NCBI GenBank assembly: GCA_002787155.1
Contig: PCVY01000065.1
Span: 1,286-65,285 of the forward strand
Length of the DNA stretch: 64,000 nucleotides
Origin: Candidatus Abzuiibacterium crystallinum
GTDB lineage: Bacteria; Omnitrophota; Omnitrophia; Omnitrophales; Abzuiibacteriaceae
Direction: 5' to 3'
Position numbers and translations under genes: made by a program. This document shows positions 18,433 to 27,812 of this stretch, piece after piece. The notes under the pieces were generated by a model that saw only the letters and a program-made list of their open reading frames with translations, did no database searches and had not been told where the DNA came from. Positions within the stretch are counted from its first letter, which is position 1. The number at the start of each line of letters is the position of its first letter.

Positions 18433-19710
18433 TCACAGGCCGCCAGTAGAGATTTCAATAAGCGGTAGAAACATAGAGATAACCAGTGTCCCGACAATCA
18501 CACCCATAAAGAGAATAACCATAGGCTCAATAATGACAGAAAGCCGTTGAATGGTGGCGTTCACGCGCTCTTCAAAGAAATTGGCGATCACTTCTAAGAA
18601 ACGGTCTAATTGGCCGCTTTCTTCCCCCACTGAAATCAGCTGTGTCACGAAAACGGGAAAGGCACCTTCTTTTTCAAGCGCCATGGCAACCCCGCTTCCT
18701 TTTTTAACACTTTCTTTCGCACGCTCCACCCTGTCTTCAATCGGCACTGTTCCGACCAGGGTTGATGCAATTTCCAACGCTTGAATAATCGGTGTACCGG
18801 CACGCACCATGGTGCCAAGCCCTCTCGCAAACCTCACAATGGCCACTTCTGTGATAAAAGTGCTCACCACAGGTATTTGAAGCTTAAATGAATCAATCCA
18901 TCTTTTTGACTCTCTTCTGCGATTGAAATATGCATAAGCCATAATAAAAAAAACAATGACTAATACAATCAATATAAAGTGAGATTGCATAAAACGACTC
19001 GAATCTAGGACTAATTGGGTAACTTCCGGAAGTTTTCTGTTCCGTCCAAAACTCTGAAAAACTTTCTCGAAAGTGGGAATCACCTTAACCATGAAAATAC
19101 TCAATGCTCCAATACAAAAACAGATCAAAATAACCGGATAAACCATGGCAGAAGTCAGTTTGCTTTTAAACCGTTCGCTCGACTCTTGATAGTTCTTAAT
19201 TTCGGTTAAAACCTCGGGCAAGGAACCGCTGGCTTCGCCGGCTTGAATTAAGCCAAACCAAAAAGGCGGGAAAACTTTTGGGTATTGAGCCAGGGCCCGG
19301 CTCAAGCTAAACCCTTGGCTGATTTTCTCAATCGCACCTTGTAATACTTTTTTTAAAAGCCCTTTCTTAATTCCTTTTTCAATAATCCCAAGCGACCTGA
19401 GAATCGGAACACCTGCTTTGAGAAGTGCGATCAATTGAATAAAAAAGGAAAGGAGATCACTTCCTTTCACAGTTTCAAAAAGCGTGATTTCACTGAATTT
19501 GGTTACTTTTTTCTTAGATTGATCAGCGGCGTTTTCCCGCTCTTGCTGCGTGAAGGTTTGTTTTTTACTTCCCGACTCTTGAACGGATAAAACAAAATAA
19601 CCCTCCGTTTGCAGCTGACCAACAAGGTCTTCTACATTCATGGCTTCGCGCACAAACTGCTCGATCTTAGCGCCTTCTTCCCGTTTTTTAACTTTGACGT
19701 TGAATTTCAT
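18433..19710 (-). CDS. pilC: Type IV pilus / T2SS platform protein PilC/GspF
   Basis: AGVPILRSL, GEASGSL, SAMVYP, VGEESGQL, IEP...SMFLP. Confidence 0.9.
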   Translation of the reverse strand: MKFNVKVKKREEGAKIEQFVREAMNVEDLVGQLQTEGYFVLSVQESGSKKQTFTQQERENAADQSKKKVTKFSEITLFETVKGSDLLSFFIQLIALLKAGVPILRSLGIIEKGIKKGLLKKVLQGAIEKISQGFSLSRALAQYPKVFPPFWFGLIQAGEASGSLPEVLTEIKNYQESSERFKSKLTSAMVYPVILICFCIGALSIFMVKVIPTFEKVFQSFGRNRKLPEVTQLVLDSSRFMQSHFILIVLVIVFFIMAYAYFNRRRESKRWIDSFKLQIPVVSTFITEVAIVRFARGLGTMVRAGTPIIQALEIASTLVGTVPIEDRVERAKESVKKGSGVAMALEKEGAFPVFVTQLISVGEESGQLDRFLEVIANFFEERVNATIQRLSVIIEPMVILFMGVIVGTLVISMFLPLIEISTGGL

Positions 19711-19722
19711 GTTTATCCTTAA

Positions 19723-20187
19723 AGCAGTTACCAGAAACCAGCAACCAGATACCAGAAATGATTATCTGGATACGAAAGACGAACTTTTTATTAAGCCTTT
19801 AACCATGCTGGTAATTTCTCGCGCTTGAGATTTAAGCTCCCAATATAACTCTTTCTCAATTAAACCTTGCTGCTCCAAAACAATTAACACCGAAACACAT
19901 TCTCTAGCTGAATCAGAAGAGGTCCTAAAATAGCGAAAACGTTCTTTGCCGGAAATCTTGTCATTTCCTTCCGCTAGGTTATTAGCAATTGAAAGAGCCG
20001 CTCTAATGAGATTTTCGCCTATGGAATAGCGATATTCTTTTGGTATTTCTTTAACAACTTTGAAAATCTGATCAATAAACACCAACGCTTTCTGATAAAC
20101 TTTCAAATCTTCAAAATCAAACTTGAATTCTTGCATTCAATAAACCAACTCACTCTGGTTACTGGCAGCTGGTTTCTGGTTACTTCT
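19723..20187 (-). mobile_element. Four-helix-bundle gene cassette bounded by 35-bp inverted arms of 5 x 7-mers
   Basis: Left arm AGCAGTT ACCAGAA ACCAGCA ACCAGAT ACCAGAA; right arm reverse complement AGAAGTA ACCAGAA ACCAGCT GCCAGTA ACCAGAG (28/35 identical); mobility is inferred. Confidence 0.6.
19762..20136 (-). CDS. Four helix bundle protein (23S rRNA IVP / bAvd-like family)
   Basis: FEDLKVYQKA, P.E.RY....LIRAALSIANNLAEG, F...S..SAREC, EITSMVKGLIKS. Confidence 0.9.
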   Translation of the reverse strand: MQEFKFDFEDLKVYQKALVFIDQIFKVVKEIPKEYRYSIGENLIRAALSIANNLAEGNDKISGKERFRYFRTSSDSARECVSVLIVLEQQGLIEKELYWELKSQAREITSMVKGLIKSSSFVSR

Positions 20188-20203
20188 TTTTACATGCTAT
20201 ACG

Positions 20204-22396
20204 CTAAGATTCATATGCAATACTCAACACTTCCTCAAATGTGCTCACACCTTGTTCCACTTTTTTAATACCGCTTTCAAGCAAAGTCTGCATCCCTGCT
20301 TCACGCGCCGCTTTGCGGATAGTGCCCAAGTCTTCGTTGCGGGCAATTAAATGCCTAATGTTTTCATTGATCGGCATGATTTCATAGATAGCTTCACGGC
20401 CCCAATAACCGATGTCACGGCATTTCTTGCAACCCTTGGTTCGATAAATCTTGCGAGTTTTGAGTTTAAATTCTGCTGCTTCTTTTTCACTGGCTTCATA
20501 GGCTGACTTACAATGCGGGCAAAGCTTACGGATTAATCGCTGAGCGCCTACCATGAGTAAACTGCTAGATACCAAGTAAGGCTTCACACCAATATCAATT
20601 AAGCGGGTTACCGCGGTTGGTGCATCATTTGTATGTAGGGTGCTCAACACTAAGTGACCCGTGAGTGAGGCGCGTACGCAAACCTCTGCCGTTTCTTCGT
20701 CGCGCACTTCTCCCACCAAAATCACATCCGGATCTTGACGCAGAAAAGCCCGAAGACCCGAGGCAAAAGTAAGGCCGATGTCAGAGCGTACCTGTACCTG
20801 CCCAACACCTTCCATTTGATATTCGACAGGGTCTTCAATGGTCAGAATATTCGTATCGACTGCTTTAATATAATTCAGTGCGGCATAAAGCGTGGTGGAT
20901 TTACCGCTTCCCGTCGGACCCGTAATAAAAATAAGCCCATGCGGGCGTTTCACCGCTTCTTTGAAAATCTTTACTTGGTCTTCTTCGAAGCCGAGTTGAT
21001 TCAGCGTTTTAATGCCGGATCCTTTGTCTAAAAGCCGCATCACCACACGCTCGCCGTGCACCACGGGGACGGTCGAGACACGGACATCAATGTTACGATC
21101 TGTGTATTGAATGCTGAAAGAACCGTCTTGCGGAATGCGTTTTTCGGCAATGTCCATGCGCGATAAAATTTTAATGCGCGAGACAACAGCCAAATGAAGT
21201 TGTTTGGGAGGCGGCGGCAGCTCGTAAAGATTGCCGTCTAAGCGGTAACGAACGATTAAGCGGTCTTCAAAAGGTTCAATGTGAATGTCGCTTGCTTTAT
21301 CTTCAATGGCTTTCTTGAGCAGTAAGTCCACAAAACGAATGACCGGCGGTTGATTGGCGTTGGATTCTTTGTCGTTTAATTTAATTTTGACATCAACGCG
21401 TTCCTGCGCGGCTGATTTGGTTTCTTCTTCCATTTGCCGGCCGGATGTCACTTCTTCCAGCTGGACACTGCCGTAAAACATTTGAATTTTCTTCTCAAGT
21501 TCAGTCGGCCCTGCTAAAACAGGAATAATTTCAAGACCCGTGAGTTTCCGGAGGTCATCTAACATCAAAAAATCAAAAGGTTTCGCGAAAGCAACCGTTA
21601 AATTACGTCCTGAGCGAAAAAGAGGTAATGCTAATTTATCGCGGGCAAATGACTCGGGAAAAATTTCCTTCAGCCGCTGATCAGCTCTGGGATTTAACTG
21701 TTCGCCAATCATCATAGGGATATTAAGCTGCTGTGATAAAGCCACGATGATATCCGTTTCGCGGCGGACAAATTGAAGGTCAACTAAGATCTCGCCAAGC
21801 GGCCGGTTCTCTTTCTTTTGAATTTCCAAAGCCTCCTGCAATTGGTTGTCTGTGATGAGGCCCTGCTGAACCAATATCTCGCCTAATTTAAGCTTCCGCA
21901 CGGATGCTTTGATGTCAACCGTCATGGGGGCTTCTTCTTCCGGCCTGGTTTTAGCGCATAAAGCATAAAACTCTTCCAGCTTGGGTTCTAAATCTTTTTT
22001 CTTTGTTAAAACGGGATCGATTTCAAGATGGGTTCGCTTGGTCAATTCTTCCACGACCGATGGATCAAAGGTGTAAGCAAAAGCAACGGTCAATTGTTTT
22101 TCGGTTTTTTGAAGCGGTAAAACAGAATACTGCCGGGCCAGGGCTTCGGGAATCAAGAGGTGGAGATTTTGATCGAGCTGCGGTTTCAGCTGCTCGCCGA
22201 TCAGGATGGAGATATTGAGCTGCTGAGAAAGGGCGACTAAGATATCGGTTTCGCGTTTGATATATTGAAGCTTAAGAAGAACTTCGCCGAGAGGTTCTTT
22301 GAGCTTTTTTTGCTCTTCAAGCGCTTGATCAAGCTGGTCTTCTGAAATCAATCCCTGACTCAGAAGAATTTCTCCCAATCTTCGAGTCTTTCCCAT
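20204..22396 (-). CDS. pilB: PilB/GspE assembly ATPase with duplicated MshEN-type N-terminal modules
   Basis: Two RLGEILxxxGLI..QL..AL..Q...LGE modules; ASDIHIEP, GPTGSGKS, EDPVE, LRQDPD, LTGHLVLSTLHTN, CPHC/CKKC. Confidence 0.9.
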   Translation of the reverse strand: MGKTRRLGEILLSQGLISEDQLDQALEEQKKLKEPLGEVLLKLQYIKRETDILVALSQQLNISILIGEQLKPQLDQNLHLLIPEALARQYSVLPLQKTEKQLTVAFAYTFDPSVVEELTKRTHLEIDPVLTKKKDLEPKLEEFYALCAKTRPEEEAPMTVDIKASVRKLKLGEILVQQGLITDNQLQEALEIQKKENRPLGEILVDLQFVRRETDIIVALSQQLNIPMMIGEQLNPRADQRLKEIFPESFARDKLALPLFRSGRNLTVAFAKPFDFLMLDDLRKLTGLEIIPVLAGPTELEKKIQMFYGSVQLEEVTSGRQMEEETKSAAQERVDVKIKLNDKESNANQPPVIRFVDLLLKKAIEDKASDIHIEPFEDRLIVRYRLDGNLYELPPPPKQLHLAVVSRIKILSRMDIAEKRIPQDGSFSIQYTDRNIDVRVSTVPVVHGERVVMRLLDKGSGIKTLNQLGFEEDQVKIFKEAVKRPHGLIFITGPTGSGKSTTLYAALNYIKAVDTNILTIEDPVEYQMEGVGQVQVRSDIGLTFASGLRAFLRQDPDVILVGEVRDEETAEVCVRASLTGHLVLSTLHTNDAPTAVTRLIDIGVKPYLVSSSLLMVGAQRLIRKLCPHCKSAYEASEKEAAEFKLKTRKIYRTKGCKKCRDIGYWGREAIYEIMPINENIRHLIARNEDLGTIRKAAREAGMQTLLESGIKKVEQGVSTFEEVLSIAYES

Positions 22397-22409
22397 TCAA
22401 TCACTCGGG

Positions 22410-24368
22410 TTATGCCGGTTTAACAGGCAATGAATCGGACGGTTGTTGTTCGGATTCAGGAACGACTGATTCTTCATCGGACTTGTCGTTATTCGCCCGA
22501 GGCGGCACAATTTTCCTGATCTTGATGGGCATGTTTCCTGGTGACTGACTGTCAAGCTTGGTAATTTTGACTGCCGGTTGCTGTTGGGTGTCATGTAAAA
22601 CCTTTTTCTCGGTCACGGCTAATATTGGTTTATCTTCCGCCTCAGTACCATTTGACTCGACAGGCTCAGAAGGCATCTCCAAAGGTAAGTCTACCTCAAT
22701 TTCGACGGTATTCAAATGGAGGGCTTCTTCAATGGCTTTGTCGCGCGCTTCTACATAAGCCACACCTTCAGTATGATCACCATTAAAGAACGATTTTTTG
22801 GTTAATTCCTTAAACCATGGCTTATCCCACACCTGCCAAAAGTCGGCCGCTTCTTCATCAATAGAAGTCATGTAATCCGGGATATTTTGCGCCGCTACCA
22901 TGCGCGTATCAGAAATGATGCGGGGCCGCAAGAAAATAATGAGTTCCCGGTCCAATTTTTGCGTGGTCCACTTTGAAAAGAAAAACTTAAAAATAGGAAT
23001 ATCGCCCAATAAGGGGATTTTTCTCAAAACTTTTTTGTCATCGCGCTGCGTTAATCCGCTAATCACAATCACTTGGCCGTCTTTGACGGCAAGTGTGGTG
23101 CGCGAAGCGCGAATACGCGGATCAAGAAAACTGCTCGAAAATTGAGCAGATTCCAGCGTTGAAAAGCGCGGTTCTAAAGTCATCGTGATGGTTTCGTTGT
23201 CATTAATGAGGGGTGTTGCTTTTAACGTCACGCCGATTTCCGTCCGTTCCGCAGAAGTCGCTGTGACAGGCGTAGAGGAGCCGGTAGCCACTTGGGTATT
23301 CTCGGCGATCACGGCGTTCACCGTGATCTTGATAAAGGCCGGCTCGTTATCCAAAACCAACATTCTGGGTTTGGCTATGATTTTGGTTCGATCATCCGTT
23401 TGAAGCGCTTTCAGCGTTCCTTCAACTTGTGAAACATCGAAACTGCCGAATGTAATACCCTTATCTTTTTCAATTAAATCGCCTTTATTAAACAAATCAC
23501 CAAATTGGTTAGGCGTCGGAATATTAAATGAGCCTTGTGCGCCCGAAATACTTCCCAACGAGCCTTCGGTCCCCGTCCCCCACTCTGTTCCGATAAAACG
23601 ATCAAAATCAAGCGCAGTTTCTAGCATGATGGCTTCGATTAAAACTTGCTTCAATGGTTTATCAAGCGCTTCAACCACTTTCTCAATTTGATCCAAACGA
23701 TCCGATGTATCCGTAATCACCAAACAATTCATACGGTCATTGATCGTCACGCGGCCTCTGGGGCTCAGAAGATCTTCGATAGTGCTTTTGATTTCGGTTT
23801 CTTCACCGCCTGTGATATTGACATTGCCCACCACGGATGAAGAGCCGCCGATATTGCTCGAACTGGTATTGCTTCCGGTTGACGACCCTGTGGTGCTGGA
23901 TTCTTGCAGTGTGACTTCTTTGGGCTTTGCAACGCGTACATATTTCAACTTGAAAACACGCGTTTCAAGCGGAATCAATGCATCTTCTCCCGTGGCAACT
24001 CGGATAATATAAATATTTTCTTCCCCGACTTTTTGCGCCACAAGCGCATTGCCTTTGACAATCGCTTCTAACGCATCTTCGAAAGTCACGTTTTCCAAAG
24101 ACAAATTAATTTTACGGGTAGCCGCATCTTCTGCCGTAACAAAATTAGCGCCTGAAATCGTCGATAATACCTTCAAGACCTCCGAAAGATCAGCGTTGCT
24201 AAAATCCATCGAAATCTTATTATCGCCCAGATTTTTAACATCCAACCGAGGCGCTTCAGCAGCAGGATCGGGTGCGGCAAACAGCTGTGAAGGAAAAAGG
24301 GAGAGAGATAAAACGATGACTAAAGCGGTTAATCGGGTCAAATAATTGTGAGAAACGGATAAGTTCAT
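22410..24368 (-). CDS. Secretin (PilQ/GspD family)
   Basis: Signal peptide; ISMDF..ADL..VL, N3 LDKPLKQVLIEA, EIGVTLKATP, KIPLLGDIP, ELIIFLRP; acidic tail. Confidence 0.9.
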   Translation of the reverse strand: MNLSVSHNYLTRLTALVIVLSLSLFPSQLFAAPDPAAEAPRLDVKNLGDNKISMDFSNADLSEVLKVLSTISGANFVTAEDAATRKINLSLENVTFEDALEAIVKGNALVAQKVGEENIYIIRVATGEDALIPLETRVFKLKYVRVAKPKEVTLQESSTTGSSTGSNTSSSNIGGSSSVVGNVNITGGEETEIKSTIEDLLSPRGRVTINDRMNCLVITDTSDRLDQIEKVVEALDKPLKQVLIEAIMLETALDFDRFIGTEWGTGTEGSLGSISGAQGSFNIPTPNQFGDLFNKGDLIEKDKGITFGSFDVSQVEGTLKALQTDDRTKIIAKPRMLVLDNEPAFIKITVNAVIAENTQVATGSSTPVTATSAERTEIGVTLKATPLINDNETITMTLEPRFSTLESAQFSSSFLDPRIRASRTTLAVKDGQVIVISGLTQRDDKKVLRKIPLLGDIPIFKFFFSKWTTQKLDRELIIFLRPRIISDTRMVAAQNIPDYMTSIDEEAADFWQVWDKPWFKELTKKSFFNGDHTEGVAYVEARDKAIEEALHLNTVEIEVDLPLEMPSEPVESNGTEAEDKPILAVTEKKVLHDTQQQPAVKITKLDSQSPGNMPIKIRKIVPPRANNDKSDEESVVPESEQQPSDSLPVKPA

Positions 24369-24384
24369 ATGTCGTTCAAGTGCT

Positions 24385-24762
24385 CTATTCTACGCGCAAC
24401 GTTTCTGGTATACCATTAATTAAAATATCGACTGTGGTATTACCTATCTTTACGACTGTAATCTCACCTTTGGTTTCCCCTTCGCGATATACCTTTCCGT
24501 CTAACATGACATAAGATTCGCTACCGGTTCTCCCAATACCTGAGATTCTATAAGGATTTCTTCTTTTTTGCACCTGTTTATTTACACCGCTTTCAAAAAG
24601 CGCCGCATTGGTGGGGACCATCGGGTTTCTTTCAATGGCAACTGATTCGGCGTAGGCCTCTTTGGCTTCATCTGCCTGTAAAATAAGGTGCCGGGAGAGA
24701 CATAAACACATCGTCACGATGACCACGCCGGTAAAATATAAAAAAGTTTTTTGGTTTGCCAT
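24385..24762 (-). CDS. Small membrane-anchored PilP/GspB-like protein
   Basis: N-terminal TM, RNP, ISGI...VMLDGKVYREGE...VVKI; lies between pilO and the secretin. Confidence 0.55.
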   Translation of the reverse strand: MANQKTFLYFTGVVIVTMCLCLSRHLILQADEAKEAYAESVAIERNPMVPTNAALFESGVNKQVQKRRNPYRISGIGRTGSESYVMLDGKVYREGETKGEITVVKIGNTTVDILINGIPETLRVE

Positions 24763-24763
24763 G

Positions 24764-25330
24764 TCAAGGTTTGACCAGAAATACATTAATAATGATATCA
24801 AAATCCCGATGATCATCAAGAAGCGAGTCGGAAGATTTGCTGCGCCGGCTGCCTGTTCTTGATTTTAAATCAAAACCATTTAAGTTTAAACTCGAAATCA
24901 AAATAAAATTGTCACCTGCTTCCAAACGTTTAATAAAACGTGCCATCGATAAGTAATTGCCGGCTCCTCGAATGCCTAACGCCAAGTTAATAAAATTAGT
25001 CCCCGGCAATTCGCTTTCTTTTGGATCGATTTCATCTACCTGCAAGCCTTCTAACCTGGCCATATTGGCAATATCTTTGATGACATCGTTTCTCTTCTCA
25101 GCCGGGGGAAATGACTTTAAAACGTCCTTTTCTTCTTTTTGTTTGACTTGCAAAGTTTGAACCAATTTAATTTTTTGCCGAACGAGCGACACATCCCGCT
25201 TAACGCTTATCAATTCTGCTTGAGTTTGATAAACGATAAACCCAAGCGCCCCCAAAAGAACGGCCCCGGCAAGAACCGGCACCACTACCTTTTTTTGCTG
25301 TTCCGTTAGGAACTCTTTTTGATTAGCCAT
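24764..25330 (-). CDS. pilO: PilO/GspM-like alignment protein
   Basis: N-terminal TM, coiled coil, G.Y..MARFI..LE; synteny. Confidence 0.7.
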   Translation of the reverse strand: MANQKEFLTEQQKKVVVPVLAGAVLLGALGFIVYQTQAELISVKRDVSLVRQKIKLVQTLQVKQKEEKDVLKSFPPAEKRNDVIKDIANMARLEGLQVDEIDPKESELPGTNFINLALGIRGAGNYLSMARFIKRLEAGDNFILISSLNLNGFDLKSRTGSRRSKSSDSLLDDHRDFDIIINVFLVKP

Positions 25331-25332
25331 GG

Positions 25333-26931
25333 TTATTTGTTTACCCTGCCGCTTGTGTTAAAGTGTGCAATGATACGGAATTTTGTAAAATTACGCCCCA
25401 AATAGCTTGTCCTCTCCACGCCTTCTAATTTGAGAACAGCAAACCCTTTCATAAAAGAATCATTTTTTCTTAGCTCATCCGCATAATCATTTATTTGTCT
25501 CAATTCTTCTTCGGGAATCTCACGGTAGTAAATGTACCCGTTCATCGACAACTGACGGTCTGTAATGGCAAGCGCATTGCCGGAACTAAATGTTTGCTGG
25601 TATTGTAAATCAGAAAACCAAATGGGCACCGGAATGGTTTGAGAAAGCGTAATCAGTTTGTCCCCGATTAAAGACCGGCTTTCCTGAAAAGCTTGAACAA
25701 TTTTATTCTTGGTTTCCAGGTCACTCAAACGTTTCTGAAGCGCCGAAACAGACTCCAGCGCAAATTGAGGTGAGGCTATGTTCAAATTTTCTTCATCAAA
25801 TTTTAGTTTTCCAAGCGTTTGTTTTAATTGATGCATACGAGGCATGTAATAGCCGAAATAGTAACCAACCCCCAGTAAAAGAAGGGTTAAGATAACAGCG
25901 CCCGTCCACTTTCGGGGCGCTCGCCTTTCTTCAGCAACAACGCCGCTGCCCAAAAAAGAAACATCATAGGGCGTTAAATGTTCTCCGATGGCTCGCAGCG
26001 CCAATCCAATCGGAACTAAAAAAGTGTTGGCGGATTCAACGGCGAGACCTGTCTTCATGGGAAATTCGGGTATTTCAACCGGTACTTTGCCGTTGAAAAA
26101 CTTATCCAAAATTTGTGCCCACATCTTTAAATTCCAATCACCCGCCACATAGACATGTTCCGGCAATCCTGTCTCCCCCAATTGACGGTTAAAATAATCA
26201 AGTGAAGACTGGAATTCCGAGAAAAACCGTTCAGGGTGTTTAGGATCATCCGGTGATAAGTAAAAATCACGGCACACATAAAAAATATCACCGCGGTACA
26301 TTGAAACACTGACGGCACCGTCAACAGCAAAATGCAAAATACAATTTTTACTTTCTGCTCGCTTTTTTTGGTTATGAATTGCCCGCGCCAAAGAATAAAA
26401 AGGCGGCTCAGAATCAAAAACCTTGATTTTACCTGCTTCAACGGCATTGACGTGGCTGCGCAGGACATCAATTCGGATCGCATTAAAAACGACATCCAGA
26501 TTTTCTTTGTCTCGGGCTGGTTTGATTGAATACCCAACCACTGTTTCATCAAGGCGGTAAGGGACGTATCGCGACCCTTCGAAACGAATGGCGTCTTCTT
26601 GTTCTTTTTCACTGACGGCAGGCACTTGAAAATAGCGTGTCACGACTTGAGACGCCGCAGGACTTGTATAGACTTCTCCGCCCTTAATACCTGCCTTTGC
26701 GCAGCATTTTTGAATGGCCGCAGCCACATATTTTTGTCTGGCCGGGCCTTCTTCGGTGCTGTGTATCGTGTCGGGGAACGGTTCAAAATGAGCTTTGCTT
26801 AATTCAACACCGGTTAGCGTGCGGCGTACCTCGGCCACGTAAATACCGTTTTCCGCCACATGGATACCAATGCCTCTTCTGATGAGCTTTAATTTGAGGG
26901 AAATAATTCTCTGAAGTTCAATATCTTTCAT
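25333..26931 (-). CDS. PilM-PilN fusion (actin-like domain + TM + PilN-like periplasmic domain)
   Basis: GIGIHV..., AIRFEGSRYVPY, SLDYF, VYVAG, IGLALR; then TM, coiled coil and IPVPIWFSDL PilN-type motif, in one frame. Confidence 0.75.
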   Translation of the reverse strand: MKDIELQRIISLKLKLIRRGIGIHVAENGIYVAEVRRTLTGVELSKAHFEPFPDTIHSTEEGPARQKYVAAAIQKCCAKAGIKGGEVYTSPAASQVVTRYFQVPAVSEKEQEDAIRFEGSRYVPYRLDETVVGYSIKPARDKENLDVVFNAIRIDVLRSHVNAVEAGKIKVFDSEPPFYSLARAIHNQKKRAESKNCILHFAVDGAVSVSMYRGDIFYVCRDFYLSPDDPKHPERFFSEFQSSLDYFNRQLGETGLPEHVYVAGDWNLKMWAQILDKFFNGKVPVEIPEFPMKTGLAVESANTFLVPIGLALRAIGEHLTPYDVSFLGSGVVAEERRAPRKWTGAVILTLLLLGVGYYFGYYMPRMHQLKQTLGKLKFDEENLNIASPQFALESVSALQKRLSDLETKNKIVQAFQESRSLIGDKLITLSQTIPVPIWFSDLQYQQTFSSGNALAITDRQLSMNGYIYYREIPEEELRQINDYADELRKNDSFMKGFAVLKLEGVERTSYLGRNFTKFRIIAHFNTSGRVNK

Positions 26932-26976
26932 GAAGTTTTACAGGATAAGTTGATAATGCAAGACATGAGAAACAAC

Positions 26977-27744
26977 TTAAATCAAAACGACTTTGTCGCC
27001 GGGATTAATGCGCCGAAGCACATCTTCGCTCACGACCGCTGCCACGGAACTTTGATCGGTGGTACGTTCAATTAAGCCCACTCCCAATACTTCATCTTTA
27101 CGATAAAGTTCAATGGTTCTCCCGGATGCGGCCCCTTGAACCGAACCAATGTTGGTCACAATAAAACCATACTTTTTGTTGATGGAAGTAATTTTTCCTG
27201 AAACAATGTCGATGGTTGTTTGTTCGTCCTCGGAACCAATCGTTTTAAAAGTGACTTTGCTAAAAGGGCGTTTTTGATCCGGCTCTTGCAGATAGGAACC
27301 CGCGGCCGCTTTTTCGCCTAAGAGCGCCAATTTAATCGGTCTTAATTCAGCCGCTAAAATTCTACTGAAATTTGCATACATTTTTAGGTCTGACTCAAGT
27401 TCGGCTATGCGGTCTTCGGCCACTGCTTGCAGCTGTGTCATCTCGCCTGTTTTTTGCTGCAACTCTTGCTCGGCTTCTTTTTGCCGGGTGAGCGCCGCAT
27501 TCAGCTGGTCGGTTAATTTATCAAGTTGAGATTCAACATCTGTTAAATCCGATTTGGTTTTATTTAATTCGACCGACAGTTGTGCTTTTTCCGTTTGCAG
27601 CTGATTGACATGAGAGCCGAGCGCTTGGCGTGCTTTGGATTCTTCGGTGTATAACCAGTAACAAACACCAGCGCCCGCAACAGCCAATATCAAGGCAGGA
27701 AGAAGAAGTGAACTTAGTAAACTTTTTTTCTCAGAAATTGCCAT
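26977..27744 (-). CDS. Membrane-anchored coiled-coil protein with C-terminal beta domain
   Basis: TM, long heptad region, GKITSINKKYGFIVTNIGS...GDKV; first gene of the pilus operon. Confidence 0.6.
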   Translation of the reverse strand: MAISEKKSLLSSLLLPALILAVAGAGVCYWLYTEESKARQALGSHVNQLQTEKAQLSVELNKTKSDLTDVESQLDKLTDQLNAALTRQKEAEQELQQKTGEMTQLQAVAEDRIAELESDLKMYANFSRILAAELRPIKLALLGEKAAAGSYLQEPDQKRPFSKVTFKTIGSEDEQTTIDIVSGKITSINKKYGFIVTNIGSVQGAASGRTIELYRKDEVLGVGLIERTTDQSSVAAVVSEDVLRRINPGDKVVLI

Positions 27745-27770
27745 AGAATGCCTGTCTTTTATTTATTAGC

Positions 27771-27797
27771 TTATCGACCACCAGGCCAACTTCTTGA
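27771..27797 (-). promoter_or_regulatory. Putative sigma28 promoter of the pilus assembly operon
   Basis: TCAA-N15-GTCGATAA on the minus strand, 26 nt before the ATG at 27744. Confidence 0.65.
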
Positions 27798-27812
27798 TTG
27801 ACTTGAGAAATT

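Noticed and set aside
19762-20136. Diversity-generating retroelement (Avd-like gene near pilins)
   Set aside because: No reverse transcriptase ORF, and no TR/VR pair differing at adenines was seen in the window
24745-25330. pilO and the pilP-like gene both begin MANQK
   Set aside because: Only five residues with different codons; no extended duplication
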